A stretch of DNA of 58,916 bases, filler included, from Basidiobolus ranarum (GCA_040143965.1; 6 parts of 6 records of this genome joined end to end with filler, not necessarily neighbours in it), one strand, 5' to 3'. Numbered from the whole stretch's first letter, positions 36,548 to 48,865 are shown. Translations and numbers: made by a program. Notes: a model not told the origin generated them from the sequence alone.

Positions 36548-38533
36548 TTACCCACGCATGCTATAATTCACAGAACCAATCGTACCTGTACCATGTTCAC
36601 TAAAGTTCTTCAAATCGAGTCCAATTTGTTGAATATCAGCAACATCAAAACATAAATGAGAATATACGTTTTGAACAAGCGGTAATTTTTGAGTTGCATT
36701 TATGATATCCAGAGCTGTTAATCCTTTAGTATCAGAAAGATGAATTTCTGTAACATGAGACATATACCGTTGTAGCAGAACTGATAACGTCTCTCCTGAG
36801 AATTCCCATTTTCCATGTAAAGAAAATTTGAACTTATCACTTGTGCTATTTCCCAGTCTCGTTTGGTTCGAATCCTCAAGTGGTAGAAGTAAATCAATTT
36901 TAGCCATCTCATCCAAGGACAATGATCGCTGATGGCTCTCGGTGTTCAGGCTGAGACATTGCAGTGAAGGGCACGAATCCATCAAACAGAATTGAAAGAG
37001 GAAAGCTGATTCTCCAGTCAGGTACAAATTCTTTAAATACGGTAAGTTCCAGTTCCAACGCCATGTCCAGCAAGGTGCGTCCATTGGCCGTATCAAAAGA
37101 GATGAAGGTGCTTCGTAAATTATGAGCGTTTCCAGTAAAGGAGAATGTTTGAGAGAGGCAAAATTGAATTTAGAAGATATTCCAAACTCCAACTGGACTT
37201 TTCGAAGTTTAGGAAGTTTAAGTACCGGGCCATATTCAATTACATTGTTACTACTAAGATAGACGTATTTATCAGTTAGGTAAAGTTCTTCCAAAGATGG
37301 ACATAAGTTGAGCGATCCAAAGTCAAACAAAGATAGGTCTGCTCCACTGATATGGATCTTTACAAGGTTAGGTAGCAACCAATCCCAGTAGAGAGGCTCA
37401 GGGTTATGTTCAATGGTTTTATTATCCAATACCTTGATACTCTTGATTGTTTTCCTGAAAGCATAGACGATATCCTGCACAATAGGAAGAGCAGGGCAAT
37501 ATTTACACATCATGTCAACATCTTGAAGAGGTGCTAATTTGATATTGGGCATACTGCTTGAAATGAAATCTGAGCCTGCGTGTAAATCATGCTTCTCCAC
37601 CGCCCATCTGAAACTATTTGGTCGAGTCGGACTAAAGCGAATCTTTTCCAATTTAGGACAACGCTGAAATAAAGAAGACGAATCCCAATCTGGTTTTGCA
37701 TGAGAGCGAAAAATGAATGGACCACGAAAGACTCGCAAACGGTCAGTACTACGGCTAGAAAGATACTGGCAAAATTGATACGAGTCATTCACTTCAATTA
37801 CTTGAGGTTGTATCAGGATTTTGATAAGATCTTCTATTTGTATATCCGACTGAATTCCATTACGCTCCAAGTCAATTAAATCTGGGGTCATTATTTCGGT
37901 TAAAGTGTCGTTGAAGGTGTCAACATGAGTCTTCACAAACTCGATCGCATCTTCTATTATCACGATATTTCGACCGTTGGTGTGAATGACCTCATCGTTA
38001 TGAGCCCCACAAAATTCGATTCTTTGCAGAGAAGACATTCTTCTAACTATTGGCAAGTAAGGTTTCACGTTAAAAATTGGTAAACAAATACTCTTGATCT
38101 TCTCGGCATTATATTTGCAAAATAACATATTGATAACGTGGCCAAAATCACCTATCATGTAAGAAAAAGACGGTTCGTAATTGCTCTCCCACTCTAAGTG
38201 GTAAATTTCGGTGTAATAATCAAGGTAGTTTACGGTAAACGGGGCAGATGGAGGGTCCCAATCTGTAAAGTCCCATTGCAGTGTTTTGGTTGTGGATTCT
38301 ATCAGTTTAGATAGAAGGTCTGATGAAGCCAAAAGAAGGTATAAGATCTCTCGAGGCTTAGGTGGTGGATGGTTACGCCAAAAGCATGAACGAAAAGGAT
38401 TTCTGTACAGTATTGGCGTGACTATGTTAAAGAGCAATTTGTTTACTGTAAGTAAGGAATGTAGTGTAAGTCTTTCATGTTCCAGATGTGAAAAGATGAG
38501 CGTGATTAACTCTGGAGACAATCGCAGTAGCAT
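36548..38533 (-). CDS. F-box-like/LRR (RNI-like) protein, intronless, 661 aa
   Basis: LSPELITLIFSHL..TLHSLLTVNK; colinear paralog of 33380-35410 over its full length. Confidence 0.85.
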   Translation of the reverse strand: MLLRLSPELITLIFSHLEHERLTLHSLLTVNKLLFNIVTPILYRNPFRSCFWRNHPPPKPREILYLLLASSDLLSKLIESTTKTLQWDFTDWDPPSAPFTVNYLDYYTEIYHLEWESNYEPSFSYMIGDFGHVINMLFCKYNAEKIKSICLPIFNVKPYLPIVRRMSSLQRIEFCGAHNDEVIHTNGRNIVIIEDAIEFVKTHVDTFNDTLTEIMTPDLIDLERNGIQSDIQIEDLIKILIQPQVIEVNDSYQFCQYLSSRSTDRLRVFRGPFIFRSHAKPDWDSSSLFQRCPKLEKIRFSPTRPNSFRWAVEKHDLHAGSDFISSSMPNIKLAPLQDVDMMCKYCPALPIVQDIVYAFRKTIKSIKVLDNKTIEHNPEPLYWDWLLPNLVKIHISGADLSLFDFGSLNLCPSLEELYLTDKYVYLSSNNVIEYGPVLKLPKLRKVQLEFGISSKFNFASLKHSPLLETLIIYEAPSSLLIRPMDAPCWTWRWNWNLPYLKNLYLTGESAFLFQFCLMDSCPSLQCLSLNTESHQRSLSLDEMAKIDLLLPLEDSNQTRLGNSTSDKFKFSLHGKWEFSGETLSVLLQRYMSHVTEIHLSDTKGLTALDIINATQKLPLVQNVYSHLCFDVADIQQIGLDLKNFSEHGTGTIGSVNYSMRG

Positions 38534-39120
38534 GTTAGATAAATCTTAAATACGAGCCAAAGAGGAGCTGCGTGTATAGTATGTAACTTTGCCAGAAAAC
38601 GATTTGTGAACCACATATGCTTTTCCTTTGCAGTACTTTCTTTACATACTACCCAAGTAGGTTCTGCCCCCAGAATAAGTACCAGGCTAAAACCTGCTTG
38701 AAAGCTCTGTCTTAATAATACACTTGAATGCACACTCAGGTGATCAGCGGAATAATTGTTACAATTTGTACAATTTTGTAACACCAAGAATGTCAGATAT
38801 TCGATATAGACTTGTACTATTCTTTTAACATCTTCATTAGACAATGCTATATATCCAAGACATTAAGAGCTAGCATGAGCTGGAGTAGTTTCTGGTGATT
38901 CTTTGTGGCTATAATCTTCAAGATGTGTTTTGATTTTTAGTTAAAGAAATATAGCTTTGAGTTTATTTAGCAATGAGGGCAAAAGTTGTGACATTGAGTT
39001 TACTCAAATTCAGTGAAACTGGGTTCAAGAGTTATAGGAACCAACTTGCCATACTAACCCATCTGAGATCAGAGAAACTTATATAAAGAACTTTAAAATG
39101 TAAACAATACACATATTGTT

Positions 39121-39285
39121 TGTCAAACTATTTTGGGAGTTTGTAGGAAGTGTGGAGAATTAGAAAATTGGGTGGCTTTCACTTGTTGATTTATTGAATA
39201 TAAAGTTGACATTTTTAGTTGTATCAGAGGTAAACAAACAAACATGTAGAATGTGCTTTAGAAGGTTACAAAACATGTATACAAA
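39121..39285 (-). mobile_element. Diverged LTR 3' portion at contig end
   Basis: TTTTGGGAGTTTGTAGGAAGTGTGGAGAATTAG...GATTTATTGA..AAAGTTGACATTT..TGTAGAATGTG matches the reverse strand of the family. Confidence 0.75.
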
Positions 39286-39385
39286 NNNNNNNNNNNNNNN
39301 NNNNNNNNNNNNNNNNNNNNNNNNNNNNNTTAATTAATTAANNNNNNNNNNNNNNNNNNNNNNNNNNNNNNNNNNNNNNNNNNNN
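39286..39385. other. Assembly spacer
   Basis: N44-TTAATTAATTAA-N44. Confidence 0.98.
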
Positions 39386-40837
39386 GCTCTTTGCAACTCT
39401 GGAATAGGCAATGGTTTACTGAACCTTGGCTCAGAGTCGTTGTACTGTTCTGGTAGTGCATAAACTTTTGTGGGAGTATGCGAGTAGTCAATAGAACTCT
39501 TGGGAGTGTAATGACTCTGTTGATGAAGGCTTTCTGCAGCAATTGCACCTGCTGTGGTAGCGGATCCTACCAGAACATCGGTACTATTAAAGCCGGGTTG
39601 AGAACTCATGTGAGAATTATTTTGACTATAACTACTCGAACATTCGTTTGGAGAAGGTGAACGATAAAATGTGTCACTTTGTCTGGGCATTGGTTCCGCT
39701 GCTACTCTGGCACTTGCTGCCTTTTCAATATCGATACTAGGATCATTTCGTGGTGAGACTGGCCTCGTAGCATTGAAACGAGGGTTTTCACTGAACCCTG
39801 CGTTTGGTGGAGGTGAAGACATAGCCATGCTATCCAGGTTGAAGTTGACAGTAGAAAATTCTCTCTTCTTTATAATGTATCTATACCCGATAAACCCAGC
39901 TATAAGAGCAATACCTGCAGCACCGCCTACAACACCCCCAACAATAGCACCAGTATGATTTTCACTTGATTTCTTCTCGGGTTCCCCCGCTCTAGGGATT
40001 ACAGAAGTGCTTGGGTCGGTATTTGTAGGGGCTTCGGTAGGTTTGACGAGAGGAACACCATCATGTCGGGTAGGAGTCGATACGGGAGAGGGTTCTGGAG
40101 TCTTCGGTAACTCGACCTTGGAATGTACATCAGCGGTTGGGTGCGACTCAGCCGATTTAGAAGGCAAGTCAGTAGGTGCATGTAATTCGGCACTTTTATG
40201 CGCTTCCGTAGGTTTGTGTGATTCTACTGGAGTATTGGGTTTCTCGGTAGGTTTATGTGGCTCTACTGGAGTCTTGGGTTTCTCGGTAGGTTTATTAGGT
40301 TTCTCTGTAGGTTTATGTGGTTCTACTGGAGTGTTGGGTTTCTCGGTAGGCTTATTTGGCTCCACTGGCTTATTAGGTTTCTCGGTAGGCTTGTGTGATT
40401 CATCATTAGTGGGGGCTTTTATTGGGGAAACGGGTGCATGGGCTATATATATAAAAGTATTTGTTAGTAATACGAAAGATGACATGTTTAAACGATGAGA
40501 TGAAATTATTATGTGACCAGAATATACTAAAGAAACGCGATGTATAAAACCAAAAGATATCAGGTAAAAAAAATGAACGAAGCTTTACCTGGAGATGCGT
40601 GTGGGTCTTGTTTATCGTCTGTTGGTGACGGTAAATCCTCTTTAAATACCGCATATTCTGTGAATAAAAGATCAAAATTAGCATGAATCACCACAAGAAC
40701 AACAATCAAGTCTACCAACCCTCTTGGCAGTTGGCATCTTCGCAATTGCTCAAGTCGAGAGCAGTTTCAGTTGAAGCCCAGACGGATGAGTGCGAGATGA
40801 CGGTCATCGCCACTAGTAGCAGAGTATTTAGTTTCAT
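39386..40837 (-). CDS. Single-pass cell-surface protein (Mid2/SKG6-like TM segment) with Pro/Lys/Glu repeats; 3' end cut by contig edge
   Basis: Signal peptide MKLNTLLLVAMTVISHSSVWA from ATG 40837; two introns; HKPTEKPNTPVE repeats; TM GAIVGGVVGGAAGIALIAGFIGY followed by a basic KKR stop-transfer. Confidence 0.8.
40205..40400 (-). repeat. Coding minisatellite (~36-bp units, HKPTEKPN[T/K]PVE[P/S])
   Basis: Repeated TTTCTCGGTAGG...TGTGG.TCTACTGGAGT.TTGGG on the + strand. Confidence 0.85.
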
Positions 40838-42059
40838 GTCTTTCACTGTTTTTGATCGCTAAGAAACGGCACAAGGGAATAATATAATGATCTGAGTATA
40901 ATCAAAGGTAGGGGGAGGTCGGGAAAACCGAGACAGCGACACCAAGATAGAACTAATAAAGAGTGAGAAGGAATTAGTTAAATAACTAATGAAAAGCTGA
41001 AGATTGTGTGTCGTAAGTGGACGACCCGTCAAGAACGAGAGTTAAGGAACAGGCATATTATTTTTAAATAGAAATCGACTCACATCCGATTTGACCAACT
41101 GAATTACCAATTATTTGCAACCATTGAAAAGGCCCTCGGAACATTTAAAGAGGCAAGGACCAAGCCACGTTTGTACTATAGCAACCAACCCAGCATCCCT
41201 ATTGGCTGTTTGATTTGACTAAAAGAGAGAATGGAGCTAAAAATAGTTTTCAATGAAGTAGCTACCAAGAAACTCTAAATTTCGAGAACAGCTTTCTGAC
41301 GGACGCGACTAACCATGCCTCGTCGCTAATCATCACATGTAGAGAGCGCGTTGAAGGGTAAAGCACCAAGAACATCACTTTACCGTTCGTGTTCCAAACC
41401 ACTGACGTGGGTTTATCGATGATCGAGACGTATATGTACCGCCAGACTCAAAAATAGCAATATGTGAGCGTTTCCAGGACGCCTAGACCGATAGCGGAAC
41501 TTCTACCCAACTAGATGGAAGCCAAAATGGATTACCGATATAGTAGGTACCTCAACTACTATTGCACCAACATCTCAGACATCGAAGTAACTTTTCCTAG
41601 TTTCCACGTGGGTTTCTACTTCGGGACAGATAAGACAGCATTTGGCACTGACCATCTTAGATTTCTGGAGTGTCTGTGCCACTAGATATATGTGTCAGTA
41701 GCTATTTTAAAATAGCCATGAGAAAACTACCAATTGTAGATTGACTACTCAAGGTGTCGAGGGGCTGCTTGAAACAGCTGAGTAGGGAAATTGGTCAGAG
41801 TCTAAGAGTTGCTTGAAATTGGATAAGAATTCATTTCCTTAATTGTTTGTCTGTGCTAAATGTTTTTACAGAAGGTGACACGGGAACAAGAATCGATTAA
41901 ACTGTATCGGCCATACGTGACACCAAAATGCTGAAGCCTGGTATTGATGTGCAGAATAGCAAACATTAACCCATTTGGCTAATTCAACTCCTCAATATCG
42001 ACCTACACAACCAATTCATTAATTCGCGAGTTTTTATTTGGAATCGATGTTCCACTAAG

Positions 42060-42074
42060 CCCTAACCCTAACCC
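42060..42074. promoter_or_regulatory. Telomere-like CCCTAACCCTAACCC upstream of RRP9 (candidate Tbf1/telo-box site)
   Basis: Exact sequence ~350 bp upstream of the RRP9 ATG; function is inferred. Confidence 0.4.
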
Positions 42075-42421
42075 ACTCCCTCACTCACATCAAGAATACA
42101 CAAACAATTAATTTTTATGGAGATAAAATTGATTATTCAAACTCCATTGATTCGCTCCTTAGATTTGCTTTGCTTAACTTGCCCATTAGATCATAGTATC
42201 CAACGTTACTGTGAAGACAGTCACGGAATCATTCCTGAAGAAAAAAATCGATTGTATTGCAAGAAATTACCATGTAGTTGTTAGATTTTTTTTCCTAAAT
42301 TTTCGCTAAGATTTTCTTTTTTCACGCTGTTATGGAATGGCAGTTCAATTTTTCAAAGTGCTTTGTTATTTACGAATATACCAATTTTGTATATCGCTTC
42401 TATTAAGAGAAGTAGCTGATT

Positions 42422-44617
42422 ATGGTAGATTCGTTTTTTGTTACCAAGAAAGGCTCTGGTAAACGTAAGAGAACTAGCCAAAATACCCCCGATAAAAATA
42501 ATGCTAAACCAAAGAATACGAAGCAGGGCGCATCTTCCGATGAAGCCTCTGATGATGAGCTTGGACCTGGCGGTATCGATGACATGGACTTAATGGCTAG
42601 CGATGTTGAAAGTGAAGAGGAAATTGAGGAAACCCCAGCTGAGAAGAGGTTGAGACTTGCTAAGAAATACATTGATAATTTGCGAACGAATCTTGGTACA
42701 GTAGCGCTTTACTTATACTCATCATTCCGACTTCTGAATGAAGTATGTCGGAATTGCTTTTGGAGCATGTATATCCAAATTGGTGTGCAATATCTAATTG
42801 CTTCTGTCTTACCCAACGTAGGTAATGAAGATGAATTCGATGCTGCTGATGTAGATAAGGATTTGATTTCCGAGCGTCTGCAACAGGATGCGGTATGTTC
42901 TACCATTCAATTTTTTTTGGATTTTTTAAACTTATGCTTTTATGGAATACCTTCAGCTAGAAGCCAGTGGTAGATTACATCGCGCTCTCGCCCATCAGGT
43001 AAGCATATTATTTTAGAAAGTCCCGATTCTTCCTATCTGACATCTCTTCTAGTTTGTTTTACCAGTTCAAGAAAATGCCATCCGTAAGCAACGTGGTCAT
43101 CAGCTTTCAGTCACTAGCGTTGCTATCACCGTCAATAAGAAATTTGTTTTTACCGGATCTAAAGATGGCTCAATTATTAAATGTAATTATAGAAGGAGCA
43201 CGGGCTCCGCTATAAAGCTGCATGAGTAACATTATTAATTAGGGGACGTTGCTGATGGTAAGAAGGTCCATACCTTTCCCGGTGGTCGTAAAGGAGTTAA
43301 AGGGTTCATCGGTCACACTGATCACATTCTATCTTTAGCCGTTAGCTCTGATGGAAAATATTTGGTGAGAATGATGGTTCTTTGAGCGTTGTAAATTTAT
43401 TCGGGTTCCTAAACATTTCAATTGACTTTGTGTCACAGGCTAGTGGTGGTAAAGATAAGTTGATCAATATCTGGTCTATCAATGAGAACAAACATTTGGT
43501 CGTTTTCAAACATCATAAGGACACCATTTCTGTAAGCTCTCTCACCGCTCCTATCAACGGGTGTCTGCAATCATTTACTAATGTAGTAAATTTCAGGGGT
43601 TGGCATTCCGTAAGGGATCAAACCAGCTTTACTCTTGCTCTAATGATCGTTCTATCAAGCTGTGGAATATTGACGAGCTATCTTATGTCGAAACCTTGTA
43701 AGAACTGGTTTTGTTGCTCTCGATCCTTGATTTCTTTTTCTGTTGATAGCTGTTAAACCATCGTAATTTGTTAGATTTGGCCATCAGGATACTATCACCG
43801 ATATCGATACACTCTCTCGTGAGAATTGCGTCACCTGTGGTGGACGAGACAGAACTGTTCGGTTGTGGAAGATCATAGATGAAACTCAATTAGTATTCCG
43901 TGGTGGAGGAGGTAAAAGAGACAAGGCGAGCGGTACTGCTTTTGTCGAAGGATCCATTGATGTTGTGTCACTTATTGATGAGGAGACCTTTCTATCTGGG
44001 TCAGATTCTGGGTAAGTTTGATGTTTGTACGATCCAAAGACAGCGCACTGACAAATATCCATGATTTACAGTACTATCTCTTTGTGGAGCACCACCAAAA
44101 AAAAGGCCATTTTCACACTTCCTGTGGCACATGGAATCGATGAGCTCTCCCAAACACCACGCTGGATTACCTCCATTGCTTCTCTCAAATACTCGGATGT
44201 ATTTGCAACTGGTGAGATTTCCAAACTTGATACTTTACTTTTAAGCATTCTAACCTTAGAAATCTTGTCTTAGGCTCGTGGGATGGTCAGATTCGCCTCT
44301 GGAAGTTGGGCGGTAACCTTCGTAACTTTGCACCATTAGCTACTATTCCCATGGTAAGTGGAAGCTCCTTAACGCTTAAGAGATTTCTCAACATTAACCT
44401 CGCCAATCGTCATACATAGCCTGGAGTTGTCAATGCATTGAATTTCAACCACGATATTTCTATGACGAGTACCAACGCTATTCTTGTAGCAGGTGTCGGG
44501 CAAGAACACAAGTTGGGTAGATGGTTGCGTGTCAAGGAGGCTAAAAACGGTGTCGCCATCATCGAGTTCACCCTTGACAAATCCAGTCAACCGGCGGCAG
44601 CGGCAGACCAACAATAA
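42422..44617 (+). CDS. RRP9: U3 snoRNP-associated WD40 protein (U3-55K); ~11 exons
   Basis: Acidic N-terminus with ETPAEKRLRLAKKY and ISERLQQD; WD40 repeats (GHTDHILSLAVSSDGKYL, GHQDT, GGRDRTVRLWKIIDETQLVFRG); C-terminal VGQEHKLGRW signature. Confidence 0.93.
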
Positions 44618-45014
44618 AGTTTACTTGTAAATTAATTATTTTCAAAGCAACCCAACTACACCTAACACCTACCCTTCTCCAACATAACACATCTTCCACT
44701 TGATAATCTTGAAGTTTTTCTTTCTTCCCAGCCTTTCTTGCTATAGAATCGACGTCGTTTAGTAGAGTAAATTACAAAGTCACTTTTGACAAATAAAAAG
44801 AATCCAGATATATAGACTACAATAATTGTCCCCACTGACTGGTGAATCTGATATTCTTGATTCGCTCTAGCAAAGCTGAGACGAAGAGAAGGCGAAAAGG
44901 TTGAATCCAACCGTGAGAGATATTATACCATGGTCACACTTGACAGTTGGAGTAAAGGACTATTTATTGAGTTAAATGAACAGTCACTATATCATATAAA
45001 GTTGGAGCGAAGAT

Positions 45015-45263
45015 TTAAACATGGCTTTGTAATCGCGCTGATTGCTTAGTCCTGGAAGATTGAATACGGGACTGCTCTAGCATGGACTTCACTGTACCAA
45101 ATTCAGTGATGGAAGAGTGCTTGCGGGTGTTCGCATGAGCAGTTGGATAGCAGTCCGCAACAAATCTTTTAATAAGTTCTCTCTTACGAAGTTGGTTTGC
45201 ATGAAGTCTTTGAGAAAGCTCATTGAGGTGAAGATTTTGTACGACTCTGGTAGGGTTAGGCAT
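45015..45263 (-). CDS. Small hypothetical protein (82 aa)
   Basis: ATG ORF with minus-strand TATAAA at 45393-45398, a pyrimidine-rich leader and AATAAA at 44963-44968. Confidence 0.45.
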   Translation of the reverse strand: MPNPTRVVQNLHLNELSQRLHANQLRKRELIKRFVADCYPTAHANTRKHSSITEFGTVKSMLEQSRIQSSRTKQSARLQSHV

Positions 45264-46877
45264 GATTCAATTAAGTTTTACTAATTACAAAAAGAAAGGT
45301 GGAATTTCCTGTGGTCTGGATACTGTATATGTGAGAAGAGAAGAGAAGCGAGGGCGTTGTGAATGTGTTCTCCTCTCTCTTCTATCACCTCATTTATAGG
45401 CAAATGCTCACTTCCATACCTACACACATGAGACATCATGTGGTTCACAGGTAGATGCTAGATGATCTAATCCAGGTGTCTAACAATATTCGGTAGGAAG
45501 CGTAATCCAGAGGCGTTCAAATTGAATTTAATACCAGAGTTATATTATTCCCATGTTACAGATAGAGTTCGTGGTGCAAAAATAATCCAAATGCACTGGT
45601 TTAATGTGGCAACTACGTACACAATCGTATACTGCACGCCACTGTTTTATTAGAGCGTGGTAGTGAAGGTCACAGGATTAAGCACCTGGGAGTTCATGTG
45701 ATTTTGGCGACTGGAAAAAATTGGGAATTTGCTATCTTCTTTCTCATGCCAAACATTCTCACAACCTCTTTTCTGACCACCAAACTGCTGGTTTGATTTG
45801 ATCCCAGGTTGAAATGATGATGGTACTTATTTACTGATCCAAGTGTAACTAGATCAAATGTTACTTTTGCATTAGCCGTATTGGTTATCTGTCTTATCTC
45901 CTAACATTAAATAAAATATTGATAGGACTCCTGGCCAGGATAGGCAACTTCGAGATTACTCACGTAATACAATCTTATCTTTTAGTCTTAGCAGTTTCGA
46001 TGCTCCCCCTATGTGAGTTATTTCCCTGTCCAAATATGTGGACCATAGAGTAACTGTAACCTAGATATCTGTTAGGTGTATTTCGACCCTTCTCTTATTC
46101 TTTGGCAGGTTACAGTTCTACAACTGCTCAATGAGCTTGTAAACTCAGCTTTCTAGAAAGTATGCGGCTTGAACCTATTGTAGCACCTACTCTTGACTCC
46201 TATAGATGGCGAACAACTCACGTAAGCTCTTCAAATCCCTTACACACTGGACTTGTGTAGAATTCTGTGCTACCCATTTTTGAAATAAAAGTAAGAGCTT
46301 TTTAGAAGGCGAATGTAGTTACTCCTACTCGAATTTCCTTTTCACCTCTCCGTGATTGAAAGTTAACCCTCCATCAAAACAAGCAAATGTGTACATCTTC
46401 AGTTACGATCTTGGCGAAAAGGTCAGTAGAATTACAACTTCGACTCCTGTGTACCATATTTTGAATTCTAGTTCTATGTATAATCTCTTGGTTGCTGTGC
46501 GTGCAAGTGTGGAAAGAGTGTTATCTCTGAACGTTGTGTAGTTTTGTCCAAGATTGAGTTGTGACTGGATAAAATGATTTTACAGCCAAAAGCACATCAA
46601 TTGCAAGACCAAATTTACTGATCGGATAAAAAGCATCTCATCCGGAGAACAGTCCAATAGTGGAACCAGAAATGACCGGACTGGCGTTCGACCAACCATC
46701 ACTCTTCACTATTATGGTTTCCGCTCCGGATAAAGTGACATGTAAGCAGAAAAAAATAAAGCTGGGTTGAATTTCTTACGTTTTTCAACGTAACTGCTAT
46801 CTTCTCTTACTCTAGCCCTCTTCAATCTCTATTTTGATTACACAAGTCAAGTGCTTATCGATTAAAGCAAGTATATC

Positions 46878-47264
46878 ATGGCCAAACGACGTAGTACCAC
46901 CGGAAAAAGAAAGAAAACCAACACCTCTCGCACTACAAGCGTGAGGAAGACAATAAAGCCTGAGTCTGTACCTCATAGCAAATCACCACGAGAGCATCGT
47001 CGCAAAGGAATTCCTACTCGCTCGCCTTCAAGAGATGATCCACGGAAGGGCATCGTCTTCTCTTTTGTAACATTATCAAATTTGGATACAGTAGTACGTA
47101 TCATTCGTAGACCTTCAGATTTCGAGTCACTGGAGCCACATTCCCTTACCACAACTACTTCAAGTCAGCTTGTGAGAACTGAGATACCTCTTGAGGAAAT
47201 TCCTGAGACCTCAAATATGATTTCTACAAAACGAAATGTTTCTTTTCCGCAAGCTGTATATTAA
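46878..47264 (+). CDS. Hypothetical basic protein (128 aa)
   Basis: ATG ORF in ATCATGG context, Lys/Arg-rich NLS-like N-terminus and pyrimidine-rich leader. No family recognised. Confidence 0.5.
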   Translation: MAKRRSTTGKRKKTNTSRTTSVRKTIKPESVPHSKSPREHRRKGIPTRSPSRDDPRKGIVFSFVTLSNLDTVVRIIRRPSDFESLEPHSLTTTTSSQLVRTEIPLEEIPETSNMISTKRNVSFPQAVY

Positions 47265-48865
47265 AAGGGTTTACAAACAAACTTCTCTAAAGACAAAGGT
47301 GACCCTGAATTAACTGGACACTCTCTTCATGGTTTAATTAGTTCCGTTGGTTAGCTCCACTTTACCCAAACTTTATGTAAGCCTGTTCAACACTCGGGGG
47401 TATTTTGATTTGTGTTGAATTATTCCCTTTCAATTTTGACTGGATTCCCCATGTTTCAATTTTTCTAGTGATTTTATGGATATTTGTTTCTAGGTTTTTC
47501 TTCTTGCCACTTGGTAACTTTCACTTAGGTCTCGACATATAAAGTTCATTGTTTTTAGATTGCCCTATTTCATTACTAGATTAGGAAGTCCTAGTTCTAA
47601 CAAAATCATATTTCTGAATAAATATTGATGAGCCGATCATTGCCATCACAATACGACATATGTACAGTATCCTCCATTACCGACCATATTGCAGGGAATT
47701 CCCAGGTGAGACTCCATTACCAACTCGCATACGAGGTATACCGCCCTATAGCCTTGAGAATACTTTATTCTACTGCGCGCTCTCACTCGGATACTGACTG
47801 CAACATCCGTTGTACGTTTAAGCGAGTTCACCAATAAGCTAACCGTTTCCTAGAATGCTATCCATGATTCGAACCTAATTCAAACTATAAATAGTCAAGC
47901 TGCCATATAATCACATCTGTAACGCCTGGCGCTCAGCCAATCGTGCACTCTTGGCTGATAGCCTTTCTAGTGCTGGAGGATGAATGTGGATTTGATAGCA
48001 GAGCCAAGTTGTAACCATTAGCTGCTATCTCGGCTCCACTTTGCCGTAGTCTTCTCATCTTGTCGTCTGTAGGGTGATTCCCACTGGCTTCAAGGAGTAT
48101 CCAATGTCTGGTCGCTAGACACTTGAATCATCTCAATTACACACCTCTACTAGATATCCTGTTTAATAGGACCTAGCGTAGTAACATGGGGTCAAATAGA
48201 AATCAGAATTCTACTATTTCAGCAGAGTATGCTCTAGGTCCAGACTCTTCATATACACCGTGTTGAGTCTACCAGTGGTTGTCTTAGATGACTTCATTCC
48301 CTTGCGTCGAAAGTTCTTATGTGTTTTTAACTGACGCTAGAAATTATTTATATATATATTCAACCCGGGATAGATTTCTTATGAAGTATTGCAATTGAAT
48401 AGTATGGATAAATTAAGCATATCTACGTAATTCACCACACCTACATTGGTTTCAATAGCAGTGGGGAACTGACTTATATCTCTAGTAAGAGAAAATGAAT
48501 ATCAGGGGGAATATTAGCACTTGGTCTAGGGATATGAACGTGCTAAATATTTTGTGAACATATTGATGGTAGTCTCCTTATATTACATTACCCCAAGATA
48601 GGCTTTATTGATAATTGGTGTGTACAGACTACGCTTACGGTAGTTGGAATTCGTCCATTCATTATGTATCGCTTTTGTAGTCATTTCAATTAGATTCTCA
48701 ATTCACTACTTTTAAACGTGGATTCCAATTTTTAATGGAGTTTACCCATCTGATGTTGAATTTAACACAGAGCGCACTTGATAATAATAACAAATTCAGA
48801 GAGCAAGACAAGGTGATTTGATATGGTTGGAAAGGAGAGACAGTATGGAAGATTGTGTTAATCAC

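Noticed and set aside
38506..38900. Possible copia GAG-pre-integrase relic (LGYI...CTNC) near the 39121 LTR
   Set aside because: Motif match too weak, and no PBS next to the LTR.
39671..40498. + strand ORFs (95 and 163 aa) with GFSVGL repeats, and similar antisense ORFs over other genes
   Set aside because: Antisense shadows of real genes on the opposite strand.
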